64,000 nt of DNA, from the NCBI RefSeq assembly GCF_004010195.1, contig NC_057752.1, positions 8,940,766-9,004,765 of the forward strand. The letters are read 5' to 3'. The DNA comes from Chiloscyllium plagiosum. Taxonomy: Eukaryota. A model generated the notes under the pieces. It had not been told where the DNA came from. It saw nothing but the letters and a program-made list of their open reading frames with translations, and ran no database searches. Within the stretch, counting starts at the first letter, position 1, and each line of letters starts with the position of its first letter. Positions 51,701 to 64,000 of this stretch are shown here, piece after piece. Position numbers and translations under genes: made by a program.

Positions 51701-53049
51701 TACAATGGCTTGCCGGCACAGATCCTGCAGAAAATTATAACTAATTGGCTGAGGCTTGGATTTGTTCTGGGGTTTTACAGTGGGCTGACCGAGAGTCCCT
51801 CTGTTCAGGATATGTCCTGAGTGAGGCTGTGCAATTGCCTTTACTCAAATGGTGTTCCCCAAGCTCAGTCAGACTGGAGAGAATGTCACTTTCATCAGAA
51901 TACCCTGGAACTCATAAGCTTCTCTTGCTGCATTTTCTGATGGTAAAGCCAGTTGTAGTGCCTGTTTGAAGTCCAGTTGGGCTTCAGCTAGTAGACGCTT
52001 TTGCATAATAACATCATTAATATCACATACCAAATGGTCTCTCAGCATCTCATCAAGGGTTAAACCAAAGTCACATGCCTCTGCCAGGTATCTTAACCTT
52101 GTCAAAAATCTCGACACAGATTTCCCTGGTTCTCGAATTACTGAGTAAAAGTGATAGTGTCTCAGAATTAGAGGAGGCTTGGTGTCGTAATACTCCTTAA
52201 GTAAATCCATCAACTCTTGAAAGGTTTTGGTATCTGGTGCTTCAGGGAAACTTAGGCTCCTAATGACCGAAAAAGCTGTGGGACCACAAGCTGCCAGGAG
52301 AATTATTTGTTGCATTTCATCTATCCCAATGTCATTTGCCCAGAAAAAGTAACATGTTCCTTCCACATACTTGGCCCAGTCTTCAACAGCAGGATCAAAC
52401 AAGTCAAGCTTCCCAAATAACGGCACAATGCCAGAAATACTTACCCCAACTCAAAGACAACTGTTGCGAGTGAATTTCTTCAGGAGCATGCTTTGTTCTT
52501 TTCGCTCCTGAAATAACGTCACAGCAGTTGGTATCCTGTCACAAAGTCCCCCTGTATTTACACGTGGAATGTCCTTGACACCGATCCAGCTTCCTCAGAG
52601 CCAGCTAGAATGAACAGAACCTCTAACATTCCTGTTTTTTCTCACCTTCAGCAAGCATACTAATTGTTAAAATGTAATAGTATTATTAGAAACTAACATC
52701 TAAGCTTATAGTTTCCCAACACCTGTCTTTACTAGATTGACTTCTTTGTCGTACAGTTAAGTTGGAAGTTTTATAAGTAGGGGATAGTATAGAAAAGACA
52801 CCCAAGGGACAGGGAATCTGGTGAATTAACTCCATAGAGACCGGTATCCTATCACCATGTTACCCTTTATTTACAGTCCTTGATACTGATCCAGCTCCCT
52901 CAGAGCCAGCTCTCAGAGTGAACAGAACCTCTGACATTCCTGTTTTTATCTGTCAGCCAGGGCTCCCTGATTGGACCAGATTATCAGCCCCAATCAGTAA
53001 ACGCACATTATATGAGGTCCACCTGGCTGACCTTGTTACAATCACTACA
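48722..53049 (-). mobile_element. Degenerate Ty3/Gypsy (Mag-like) provirus, integrase missing
   Basis: LTRs 48722-48957 and 52822-53049 (TG..CA) plus partial LTR 52509-~52640; PPT just inside the 3' LTR (48958-48969); gag MPLFGKLDLFDP..DW..LRDHLVC (52426-51869), protease MEIDTGAAIS, RT LCGDFK / IYLDD / LRSFIGLVNYY, RNase H remnant; flanks gctcc / gctct. Confidence 0.9.
49036..49900 (+). mobile_element. CR1 ORF2 endonuclease fragment nested in the Gypsy element
   Basis: CIYFNARGL, ITETWL, GGGV, IWIEIRNKKG, GSSDHN. Confidence 0.85.
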
Positions 53050-54296
53050 GCTCTCCAGCACTATTTTGAACAGTAGGTACCAGTGTGACCACCGCACTAA
53101 ACCTAATCCTGAGTTTTCCAGTATGTATTCATATAGAGTTCAAACACAAGGCTCAAGTGTTGGAACCAATTTTCCTCATGTCTAACCTGGAGAAATCTGA
53201 GCCCTGTAACCCCCCCCCCCCCAAACCCATCTGTGTCATTCATTCTATGATAGCCTGCTGACTGTAACTGCTATCATATGACTGCTTCGATAAAAGGCTT
53301 CTGAGTTTTTTTTTCTCACGTGTTATTGATCAAGGCACTTTAATGATGCAGGATTCTTTCAGTGAACACTTGTGAACAATTAATATGATTAAGTAGTAAA
53401 CTGCATAATCGGTAATACCAGAATCAGAGGTAATCTGGTGATGCAAGACAGATTATGCACAATTTCACAGATAGGCATGAAGCTTATTAGCACCTACGGT
53501 TTGCTTTCAATATGGGCAATGCTGACAAGGCTACATTTATTGCCCTCAGGAGGAGGTAGTGGACCTTCTTAAAGAAACTGTTGTACAACCTGCTAGGTAC
53601 TTCAAAGTTAACCATGTCATGTGAGACTACCAGTGCCTGCAGGCCAGACGAAATGGAGGTTGCAAGTTCCCTTCCCTGAAGTACATTAGTTTTTAATAGA
53701 AATATGGCAACTTTCATGGTCATTTTAGTTCTGATGTCTTCCCACAAACAATTAGTAAATTTAATTTATCAATTTAACACAAAGGACCGAAAACTGTCAA
53801 GTTACTCGTCCAAGACCACAACCTCTGCATTACTATAACCAATAACATTACCTTTCTTCACTATACTGCTTTAGAGAAACACCAGACAAAATAAGACACC
53901 ACCCCCCAAGGGGGAAGATCTGCATGACAGCCAACCTACTCTGGACTCACGTACTTCGTCCCAATCGGTTAGAGTAACGTTGACGCAGAACAGGGCCAAG
54001 GTCATCTTGGACAGGAATTGCACTGGGGAGATTAAGGGAATCTTTCAGGAGGTAAACAATATTTACATTCTTAAAATGATGCAATGTTTTAGTTCCCCTA
54101 ATCAAGTCATAATTATTTGGTGTTTGGAATACAGACTCATAGCACCTGTGAATCTTCTCACAGTATGTGATAGGGACAACCACTAGTCATGCCCAATGCT
54201 TGTTTGGTTGCTATAAATTAGCACATTTCAACATCAGTAACTTTATCCCAGTTACTAAATGAGCTGGTAGTAGATCAGGTGTTTCATAAATCTGCC

Positions 54297-54355
54297 TATA
54301 AATGCCCTGATGATGCGTCTGACAATTTTAATGGGCTTTGCCCTGCTTGTTACGT
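54297..54355 (+). pseudogene. Orphan elastase-like exon 1 relic with TATA box and dead splice donor
   Basis: 54310-54349 encodes MMRLTILMGFALL+G, same 40-nt length and phase as CELA1 exon 1 (28/40 nt, 8/13 aa identical); donor position reads ttacgt; TATAAA 54297-54302. Confidence 0.55.
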
Positions 54356-55475
54356 ACAGTTTCACTTATTTGACCTGTTGTCCTTGTTGCTCCTCCACTA
54401 GATGTTTAGATTAGATTTTTTTTAGATTAGATTACAGTGTGGAAACAGGCCCTTCGGCCCAACAAGTCCACACCAACCCGCCGAAGCGAAACCCACCCAT
54501 ACCCCTACATTTACCCCTTACCTAACACTACAGGCAATTTAGTATGGCCAATTCACCTGACCCTGCACATCTTTGGATCTTTGGTTTAGTGCCAGGACAA
54601 GCTATAATTATGAAAGTTAGTAAATGCTAATACCGGTACAGGGTGTGTTGCCAGACAATAACATATCAAACATGTGGTTGGTTAGTTCCTGCCTATCTCA
54701 GGGCCGCTGAGCCAAATTGCACCTCCTGAATGGAAAGTAGTAAAGTCAACAAAGACCAGTGCAAACTGGGGCTTTTTGGAACTGCATTGCTCAGTATCTT
54801 TCTACTGCACTTTATTCCCTATATTCTCTTGGACAGTACAACAGAATAACTGGATATCTATCCATAGGAAAATAATCAACATAGCTCTTTGGTTACGTGG
54901 GCTATGTTTCCCCACACTCCACCTGACGAGCAGCATATACTCCCTCCTATCAACACTCCAGAAAGAATGGCAAAATTAGATTCAGAGAATGCCAGAGTAC
55001 CAGCAATGAAAAAAGTGACAGCTACAGTGCAGCTGCATAGATAACAGGAAAGGATTGACAGGCTGGGTCTCTTTACTCATGAAAGAGAAGGCTGAAGGCT
55101 TCTTATAGAAGTCTTTAAAGTTACAAAAGGTTTTGAAAAAGTGGAACTGAGGGAATGTTTCCTCTTGTGACAGAAATATTTCTCATGTATGTCACAATCT
55201 TAAACTGCATCCTCTCTTCTATAAGAAGAAACATCCTCTCAGTATCCACCCTATCTTGTCCCCTCAGGATCTTATATGTTTCAACAAGGTCAGCTGTCAT
55301 CCTTCTAAACTTTGTATGTATAGACCTAACCTGTTCAACCACTCTTCATAAGCCTTTCAGCCCGGAAAGATAATCCTTCTACACCAATTCTTCTGTCTTT
55401 GTTCTTTCTTTTCCTGTTTCTTTGCCCATTTCTCTTTCTGCCTCCCTCCCTCTCCCAACCTGCTTGTTACTTACA

Positions 55476-56162
55476 GTCATAGAGTCATAGAAATGTACAA
55501 AACAGAAACAGACCCTTCGGTCCAACTCGTCCATGCTGACCAGATATCCCAACCCAATCTAGTCCCACCTGTCAGCACCCGGCCCATATCCCTCCAAACC
55601 CTTCCTATTCATATACCCATCCAAATGCCTCTTAAATGTTGTAATTGTACCAGCCTCCACCACTTCCTCTGGCAGCTCATTCCATACACGCACCATCCTC
55701 TGCGTGAAAACACTGCTCCTTAGGTCCCTTTGAAATCTTTCCCCTCTCACCTTGAACCTATGCCCTCTAGTTTTGGATTCCCTTACCCTAGAAAAAGAGT
55801 TTGTCTATTTACCCTACCCATGCTCCTCACAATTTTATAAACCTCTGTAAGGTCACCCCTCAGCCTCCAACGCTACAGGGAAAATAGCCCCAGCCTATTC
55901 AACCTCTCCCTCTAGCTCAAATCCTCCAATTTCGGCAATATCCTTCTGAATATTTTCTGAACTCTTTCAAGTTTAACAACATCTTTCCTATAGCAGGGAG
56001 ACAAGAATTGAACATAATATTCCAAAAGTAGCCGAACCAATGTCCCGTAAGGCTGCAACATGACATCCCAAATCCTATACTCAATGCACTGACCAATAAA
56101 GGCAAGCTTACCAAACTCCTTCTTAACTACCCTGTCTACATCTGACTCCACTTTTAAGGAAC
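55476..56162 (-). mobile_element. CR1 3' fragment
   Basis: LVRLLLEYYVQF..KLERVQK; VWNELPEEVVEAGTITTFKRHLD; ctatga tail. Confidence 0.85.
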
Positions 56163-56473
56163 AATCATTTTTCCTGATCATTTTCTCTCAGGATTAAGAT
56201 ACCTTTTGTAAATGGTTAGGAGATGAGGGGATGGGTTTTCAACACTTACATCACACTATGACTTATTAATTATTGTCTGAGGGATATTATGGATAACATA
56301 ATTAATAACTATTAACTCAATGACTAACTCAAATTGTGTATCTGGTATGCAGTTTTATAAAACTAGTCATGCAGAATGGGAGAGTTACCTGTTTCTAGGT
56401 GTTTTTTGGGCTTTGGGCCTGTCCACTCAATCCACTTTAATTCAATTGAGTGAATCTTGTGGCCCAGGAATTT

Positions 56474-57875
56474 ATAGAGTCATACAGCACAGAAATAGAC
56501 CCTTCAGTCCAACTTGCACATGCCAACTAAGACTCCCAAACTGAATTACTCCCACTTACCTGCTTTTGGCCCATATCCCTTTAAACCTTTCGTATTCATG
56601 TCCCTGTCCAAACGTATTTTAAATGTTGTGCCTGTACCTGCATTTACCACTTCCTCTGGCAGTTCATTCCATATACAAACCACCCTCTGTGTTAAAAAGT
56701 GCCCCCCCCCCCCCAATGTCCCTTTTAAATCTTTCTCCTCTGACCCTAAAATTATGCCCTTTAGTTTTCAGCTCCCCTACCCTCGGGAAAAGACTTTTGA
56801 TGTTCAGGTCCCTCACTAAATGAGTTTGATCGTACTGGAAGTTGACAGTGTCCCATTCCTATGATTGATGCTCATTATCAAAATTAGAAAATTATTCCAG
56901 CACATTGATTTTTGGTAAAAAGATCTATCAAGTCTCCTCTCAGCCTCCGCTACTACAGAAAAAACAAATCAGAGTATTTCTAGCTTCTCCTTTTAGTTCA
57001 TATCCTTTCATTCACATCCTTAATCGAGGCAGTATCCTGGTAAACCTCTTCTGAACCCTGTCCAAAGCCTCCACATCCTTCCTGTAATGTCACAACTAGA
57101 CTTGAATACAATAGTCTAAGTGTGGCCTAATCAAAGTCTCACAACACTGCAACATGACATTCTGACTCTTGTACTCAATTCCCCCACCAGTAAAGGCAAG
57201 ATTGCTATCTGCCTTCTTTACCACCAGACCTATTTGCATGGCCACTTTCAGGGAGCTATGGACTTGAACCTGAAAATTCCTCTGTACATCAATGCTCTTC
57301 GGGGTCCTGACATTAACTGTATACCTTTTGTTAACATTTGATCTCCCAAAGTGCAGCAGCTCTCGCTTATATGGGCTAAACTCCATCTGCCATTTCTCTG
57401 CCCATATCTGCAACTGATCTATATCTCTCTGTATCCTTTGACAACCTTCTACACTACCTGTAACTCCCCCAATCTTTGCATCATCTGCAAACTTACTAAC
57501 TGACCCATCTATATTTTCATCCAAGTCATTTATATATATCACAAACACCAGAGGTCCCTGTACGGATCTCTGTGGAACACCACTAGTCACAGACCACCAG
57601 CCAGAAAAACACCCTTCTAACATTACCTTCTGCCTCCTTTGAGCAAGCCAATTCTGAATCCACATGGCCAAGTCACTGTGGATCCCATATCTAAAGCCTT
57701 ACTAAAATCCATATAGATAACATCCACTGCTCGACCCTCATCAATTATCTTTGTCACCACCTGGGAAAATTCAATCAGGTTAGTCAGACATGACCTGCCT
57801 CACGCAAGGTCATGCTGACTGACTCTAATTAGGCCAAGCTTTTCCAAATGCGCATAAGGTTTATCCCTAAGAATG
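56474..57875 (-). mobile_element. CR1 RT and 3' fragment
   Basis: WIQNWL..SGVPQRSVQGP..YINDLDE..SKFADDAK. Confidence 0.88.
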
Positions 57876-58869
57876 TTGCTGAGCCACTCTTGATGATTTA
57901 TTTCCCTACCCAGAGTACATTCTGCACTCTAGGGCACTCAGTGCTTCCTGCCAATGTTTTTTTTAGATTCCCTACAGTGTGGAAACAGGCCCTTCGGCCC
58001 AACCAGTCCACACCAACCCTCCGAAGAGTAACCCACTCAGACTCATCTCCCTCTGACTAATGCACCTAATACTATGGGCAATTTAGCATGGCCAATTCAC
58101 CTGACCTGTGCAAACTCCACACAGTCTCCCAAGGCTGGAATCGAACCTGGGACCCTGGTGCTGTGAGGCTGCAGTGCTAACCACTGTGCCACCCTAATTG
58201 CTTAACATGGAGCACTGACTCATCAGTTGAGGGAACATGGTTGTAGTTGCAGCAGGAGATTTCCTTGCCCATGTTTGACTGATGACATTTGACTTCATGG
58301 GGTCAAGAAAAACTTTCCTAATAGAAATTAAAATGGAAAACACATGCAAGCTTTGGTGGCAGTGTTGATGTAATCACTGTTATATTCTGATTTGAAAGTT
58401 TGGACTATATGTCAACTTTTTCTATACTTGCCTATATGGCTACATTGAAAAAGATGGGCCTCCTAAAATTTGCTAGTCCTTTTCAGTCTTGACAAGCTGA
58501 TTCTATTCCATTGAGAGTATCCCAACACCAATGGGCACAACTATTGGAAATGAAGATCCTGGTTCAATTAAGCGTATGAGAGCAGCACAAAGATACTAAA
58601 AGATGAGATGGCAACCAATGAAGCGACAACAACACAGCCGCTTGAATAGTAAACAGAAGAAGCATCATGTGATTGCCAGAGCTACATGATCCCACAACCT
58701 GTGACTCAGATCAAGGATCTGTAGAACTGCCAAAATCCAGTCTTGAATAGTGGTTGACAATTAAACAATGAATTGGAGGGGGAGGCCCAACAAATCTCCC
58801 TATTCTTAATAATGTGGGAGTCCAGCAGCTCAACAGACAATGCTGAAGCTTTTTTCTCCATCTTCAGTC

Positions 58870-59298
58870 AGAATAGGCTGGGGTTGTTTTCCATGGAGCA
58901 TCAGAGGCTGAGGGCTGAGCTTATAAAGGTTTATAAAATCATGGGAGAACATGGATAGTGTAAATAGACAAGGCCTTTTCTCTGGGGAGGGGGAGTCCAG
59001 AACTAGAGGGCATAGGTTTAGGGTGAGAGAGGAAAAAGTTAAACGGCTTCTAAGGAGCAACTTTTTCATGCACAGCATGGTGCATGTATGGAATGAGCTG
59101 CCAGAGGAAGTAGTGAAGGCTGGTACAATTACAATGTTTAAAAGGCATCTGGATGGGTGTATGAATAGGAAGAGTTTAGAGGGATGTGAGCCAACTGCTG
59201 GCAAATGGAACTAGATTAATTTAGGATATCTGGTCAGCATGGACGAGTTGAACTGAAGAGTCTGTTTCCTTGCTGTACATCTCTATAACTCTATGACT
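58870..59298 (+). mobile_element. CR1 3' fragment, preceded by an older LINE remnant at about 58555-58870
   Basis: LGLFSMEHQRLRAELIKVYKIM; SRTRGHRF; WNELPEEVV; ctatga tail. Confidence 0.85.
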
Positions 59299-62200
59299 TT
59301 ATATTGAACAAACTTTGTACTATCAGTGTTCCTGGAATTTCTTGACGTCTGGTACCTTCATGAGTTTGGATTTTATGGTTTGTTCCATAGTTGCTTTATT
59401 TTAAGATAAATTTCTCTCTCCAATTTCTCCTTGTTCTATTGATGCACAGATTTACACTGGAATATATGCCACACTGGCTTTCTTACCCAAGTAACCATTC
59501 CTCATGTGCGTGCTATTACGATCCAGCTGATGTTTTACTGAACAAGTCAGATCCCAGTCAGAAATCTGGCTCAATGATAGTTTTTTTATTTAGAGAGATG
59601 CTCCTTCACTGAAACACAAGCATGCAATGCTATAGATTTGCTTTTAACAATAAAACAAAAGTTTATTATGCCAATTAAAAGATAAAATAGAAGAAACCAA
59701 GCTATTTACATATAACTCAATTTACACGATTTCAAAATTCTGTAAAATATAATCCTATCTATCACAACACCATCACTTTACAGAATTCAAACAGCAAAGC
59801 GTGTTTGCTTCTCTATCACATCTGCAAGTTTAACTCAACTGTTTATTTCAATTCCCAATCTTGAGAATTTGAAAGCCTCTTCCATGATTTGTCATGCAAC
59901 CAAGCTTAGATTTCCTCAGCTTTAAATGACCCCTTCAGAGTCCTAACCAAACATTTCTAGTCTGGATCTAACATCCTTACATTGAGGTAATCTATTTCCT
60001 GACAGTTATAAACTATTTCCTTTCTTCAAAATAAACTGTTTCAGACATCTAGCTTCCACCAGGACTTCTGTAAAATGAAAACAAAAGTTTTCCAAGCTAA
60101 GGGGTTCACCCCTAAGCAAAAAAAAACAAAATCCTGATCCTTCTGAACAGAAAGGCAGCTCATGTTCTTCAATATTTACTCTGTCCGCTCATAACAAATT
60201 CCCACTATCATCTTAGTTGAGATTGGCTAACAAGCCAAACTGAATCAGATGTAAATGGCCAGTTCACAACAGGCAATGCATTTAGTACCTGAGCCATTGG
60301 CAAAGCTCATCACACATTACAAACAAAAGCAGCTATTTTCTGCTCACAATTTCTGAACACAGTTATTAACAGGTTTTTAGAATTTGCCAACAAATTCCAT
60401 GATCTTAACTAAATAGCAAACAAGCCATCATCTATCAACATATCACTGAATCAAAAAAAGTGACACTTGAAATGCCAAAAGCAGTTGAAATACTAAGTAA
60501 CAGCAAGATTGATGTCATGTAAATAGGAGCCTTCAGCATCAGTCAATCAGAAACTTAAGTTTCCCATTAGAAATCATTTCCTACTAGAAATCATTGGACA
60601 ACTTGAGCTGTCAGTTGAGTGCAGAAATGAAGACAAAAAGAAAAGAAATATAATTCTAGCAGTTAACAATTTAAAGAGATTATTTTAGTACTTACAGAGT
60701 TATTTTTAATCAGCCTGTAGTGATAAATGTTTGGAGCAGATGGGACTTGAACCCAGGCCTCAACAGAAGTTGCTGGATTCTAAGAACTTTTCAAGGTAAC
60801 TGTTTATTCACATTCTATGAACCACATAAACATTTTTAAATCAACCTGTTCAGATGTATTACAACAAACTTCCAGAACAGGTGGGACTTGAACCTGGGCT
60901 TTTTGAGTCCAGAAGGTAGAAACACTAAACAGCAAGAGCTGCTACAGAATGTGGATTATGGCTATGGAAGAGATGACAAGTTGGGCTTAACTGTGCACCT
61001 GCTGCCTTCATTGTCGAATGTTGACGGTCTAAATGTACATACAGAGAATAGTCTTTGGGTTGTCAGTCTTAGTGGGGATTCCTCCGGGATGTTAGTTCAT
61101 TCCTTGTGTTAGATTGAAATCTGTTTTGTTGGCCCAGAGGGGCAGCCTTAAATTGATGTGCTTTTGGCAAAGAAAGGAGGCTGTTACAAAACTATGTGGG
61201 ATCCACCAAAGGGTGAAATACTTTAAAATATATCATTCCGCAGGTAACCTAGACAACAGTGGTTTAGACATGGGCTTTTCACTGCAAGGATTTGTTTTGA
61301 ATCCAGATTGGGCTGATTAGATAAATGTTTACTTCTCACTTTGACTGGAAGGAGTCCATTAAAGTAAGTTGGCCAGTCTCACTCCAGTTCATTTTGGATA
61401 TAGAGCCTGCAGCAAAATGTTATCTCTAATTTGAAAATTTCATTCAGAGAGGTCACAGGGATGATGGTGCAGAATTTGAAGGGGGAAAGTGCTCTGCTGT
61501 TTGGGAAGAAGCGCAGAGGAGCTCTCTCCAGTGTCCCAGCCAATATTTATGCCTTAATCAATACCTACTGAAATAGTTATTTGCATAATGCTGTTTGTGG
61601 GAGCTTGCTGTATGCAACATCACAACCACAACCACTTCAAAAATGCATCACTGACTGTAAAATGCTTTGGGGTATCCTGAGTTTCTGAAATCTCTTCTTT
61701 GATAACCTTCTGTTTCATGAGATGATGATTTGCATTTGATAGCCTGCCGTTATGGTTGTGAAAAATGCTATAGAAATTCATGTTTGTTCGTCATTCACTG
61801 GTAGCAGAAAGAGAATGGTAGGAAGCATGATTTCTTTTAATCCATTAGTCAATGCAGCTGAAGCTACTTCCACACTAAGGCTAAACTCCAACAATTAACA
61901 TGGGGATATCTACATACATTATTAACAGTAGTGCACAGTCTGAGTGTAATATTGCTGTCTCTTCAGCCAAACATAATATAGAATCTCAACCAATCGTATC
62001 ACAGAGACCACATTCTCTTCAGCCTGTTCTAAACTGGACCTGAAATGTTAATTCTGATTTCTCTCCAAAGATGATGCCAGACCTGCTGAGTTTTTTCCAG
62101 TAATTCTGTTTTTGTTTCTCTTCAGCTTTTCTCTTCAACCAATCAGACTCTAGAACCACAGTTCAATTTGATCACAGAACTATTTCTCTCATGTCATTTC

Positions 62201-63608
62201 TGATTGATTTCGTCACACAGAACAAATCATACTGTACCCAAAAAAAGACCTGTGGAATATAGCTGCCATAACTGTTGCGCTCCATCCCCAATGCACAAAA
62301 ATTCCTAATGATCACAGACACATTCAAAATTTAGCTTTTCCATCTTCCAATTGCTCCAGCAACTTATCCATACAGACTTTCTGCAAATGCCTGACCTCAA
62401 ACGCACCCTTACCCCAGCATCTTGTCACTTCCCACCATTCTGGAGATCCTTATCCTTCCATTTCTCTCCCTGATCCAAATTAACATTTTGCTATTGTTAC
62501 CTCTTAGCAGCTGGACAGCTAAGCTGATGGTCTAATTCTGCTAAAGTGATTCCAGTAGATATTTGGAGGATCCTGGATCATGATTTCAGATCATCCATCT
62601 GTTTTTGTATATTTGTTTCCATGTATTATCTGGAAAACGTAGAGCAAACATTGAATAATTAATTAAAGGTAAACAAGATTCATTCATTCACATGAAAGTT
62701 TGGCTTATAATAAACAACTGTGTAAACTAAGCCTCAATTAGAAAATTCCACTTTTTTCACAATGCTGTGTTTCATTATTTTGATGAGTCCTTCTGAGGGT
62801 CACCATAATAATCACCAAGAGTTAAAGTAAGTGAAGTCATAGGAGGAGCTTAACCTCACACCTCCACTAACACATTCAACAACACTTCTGTTCTGCTGAA
62901 TCAGAGTGAACTGAACATCAGATGCTTTAGTATGTAAATACACCATCTGATGTGGTTCTGAGTCATACGGCTAGAAAGCACCACCAGGACGTTTGTTAAC
63001 TGATCTCAGTGAAATAGCTGCAACATTGGAAATTCTGCAGCCCATACTCAATGCAATCAATTCAAACTGTCATTGGTCTGAAAGTGGAAGCAAACTGGTT
63101 CCCTCCCCATGATATATGATACAGAACAGGAAGGACATATGTTCAAGGTTTACGTAAGGATTTATTAGCTTGGGTGTGGTTGCAGTCATTGATTTGCAGA
63201 CAGGAGAATTCACAGGAGGCTCCAAAGCACAGGATGTCACCTAAACAGGGGACAAAACGTCTGCAAATCAACTTCCCAGCTCGGCAAACATGCCCACAAT
63301 TATGGCAGGAAGGACAAATATCTCCACTCCTGAATATCAAATTCCATGGGATTAGGAGCTCTTCAGTGCCTAACCCACATAGCAATTTTTAATATATCAG
63401 CCTGGTCTGAGTGTCAGTAAAGTTTATTGGCTTCACAACTGAGGCTACTTATTGATATTAAACTGTCATCTCACACAGAGGACCAGAAAGATGTTTGGTG
63501 TTTTTGATTTCTGTATAGGTTATAGGTGTCACTGGCAATATCAACATTTGTTGCTCATCCTTCAGTGCCTTTGAACTGAGTGACTTGCTAGGCTATTTCA
63601 GAGGGCAG

Positions 63609-63806
63609 AGCTGAAAATGTGTTGCTGGAAAAGCGCAGCAGGTCAGGCAGCATCCAGGGAACAGGAGAATCGACGTTTCGGGCATAAGAAGGGCTTATGC
63701 CCGAAACGTCGATTCTCCTGTTCCCTGGATGCTGCCTGACCTGCTGCGCTTTTCCAGCAACACATTTTCAGCTCTGATCTCCAGCATCTGCAGACCTCAC
63801 TTTCTC
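63609..63806. mobile_element. Very young PLE family-B fold-back element inserted in a tRNA-SINE
   Basis: Perfect 83-bp arms 63606-63688 / 63694-63776; TSD ctatttcagagggcag (63593-63608 / 63807-63822). Confidence 0.9.
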
Positions 63807-64000
63807 CTATTTCAGAGGGCAGCTAAAAGTCAACCCACATTGTCAGGATCTGGAGTCACATGTAGACCACAGCAGTTAAGGATGGCAGATTTCCTTCCCA
63901 GACATTAGCAAACCAGACAGGCTTTTACAACAACAATTACATGGCCACCATTAGAACAGATGTTACAAAATTCAAATTTCAACCACATGCCATGGTGGGA

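Noticed and set aside
51869..52426. 185-aa gag ORF as a domesticated gene
   Set aside because: It sits in normal proviral context, is frameshifted at its C-terminus and adjoins a heavily disrupted pol; there is no sign of selective retention.
54702..54790. Possible exon 2 of the relic after ctatctcag
   Set aside because: No R-(I/V)(I/V)GG or WPWQ in any frame.
59450..59530. Acceptor-like site followed by TLEYMPHW...HSSCAC, a possible decayed exon 3 of the elastase relic
   Set aside because: It needs frameshifts and lacks CGG and TAxHC; similarity is within chance by eye. Revisit only if exonerate supports it.
60888..61112. ORF with QQELLQNVDY...GDSSG resembling elastase exons 6/7
   Set aside because: It is built from a minus-strand tRNA-SINE end fused to an old dispersed repeat also seen at about 22340-22500 and 26400-26560. 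It has no splice sites, lacks the conserved Cys and has no true GDSGG.

Overview
This is repeat-rich vertebrate genomic DNA, almost certainly from an elasmobranch (HE1-type V-SINEs, DeuSINE/SacSINE-like SINEs, abundant CR1 LINEs). It carries two host genes on the + strand, both spliced by hand at canonical AG/GT boundaries. The first is the last three coding exons of a GALNT6-like polypeptide GalNAc-transferase (ricin-B lectin domain; 2779-2880, 14268-14420, 16561-16671). The second is a complete 8-exon, 260-aa pancreatic elastase-1-like gene (CELA1; 26815-37458) with an intact His/Asp/Ser triad. The GALNT6->CELA1 head-to-tail order matches my recollection of human 12q13. An orphan, splice-dead copy of the elastase signal-peptide exon at 54310-54349 suggests a decayed tandem paralog. 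The rest is layered mobile DNA: a near full-length CR1, Tx1 and Rex1/Babar fragments, a Gypsy provirus with its integrase replaced plus a solo LTR, two TA-flanked MITEs, several SINE families and many Penelope-like (PLE) insertions. The most striking non-genic signal is a set of minimal hammerhead ribozyme motifs in at least four PLE-derived families, with covarying stems. They often sit in compact fold-back mini-elements with 12-16 bp target duplications, one of them a perfect 83-bp-arm palindrome. Most ORFs in the six-frame track are repeat-derived or spurious. Repeat boundaries are approximate unless TSDs or TIRs are quoted.
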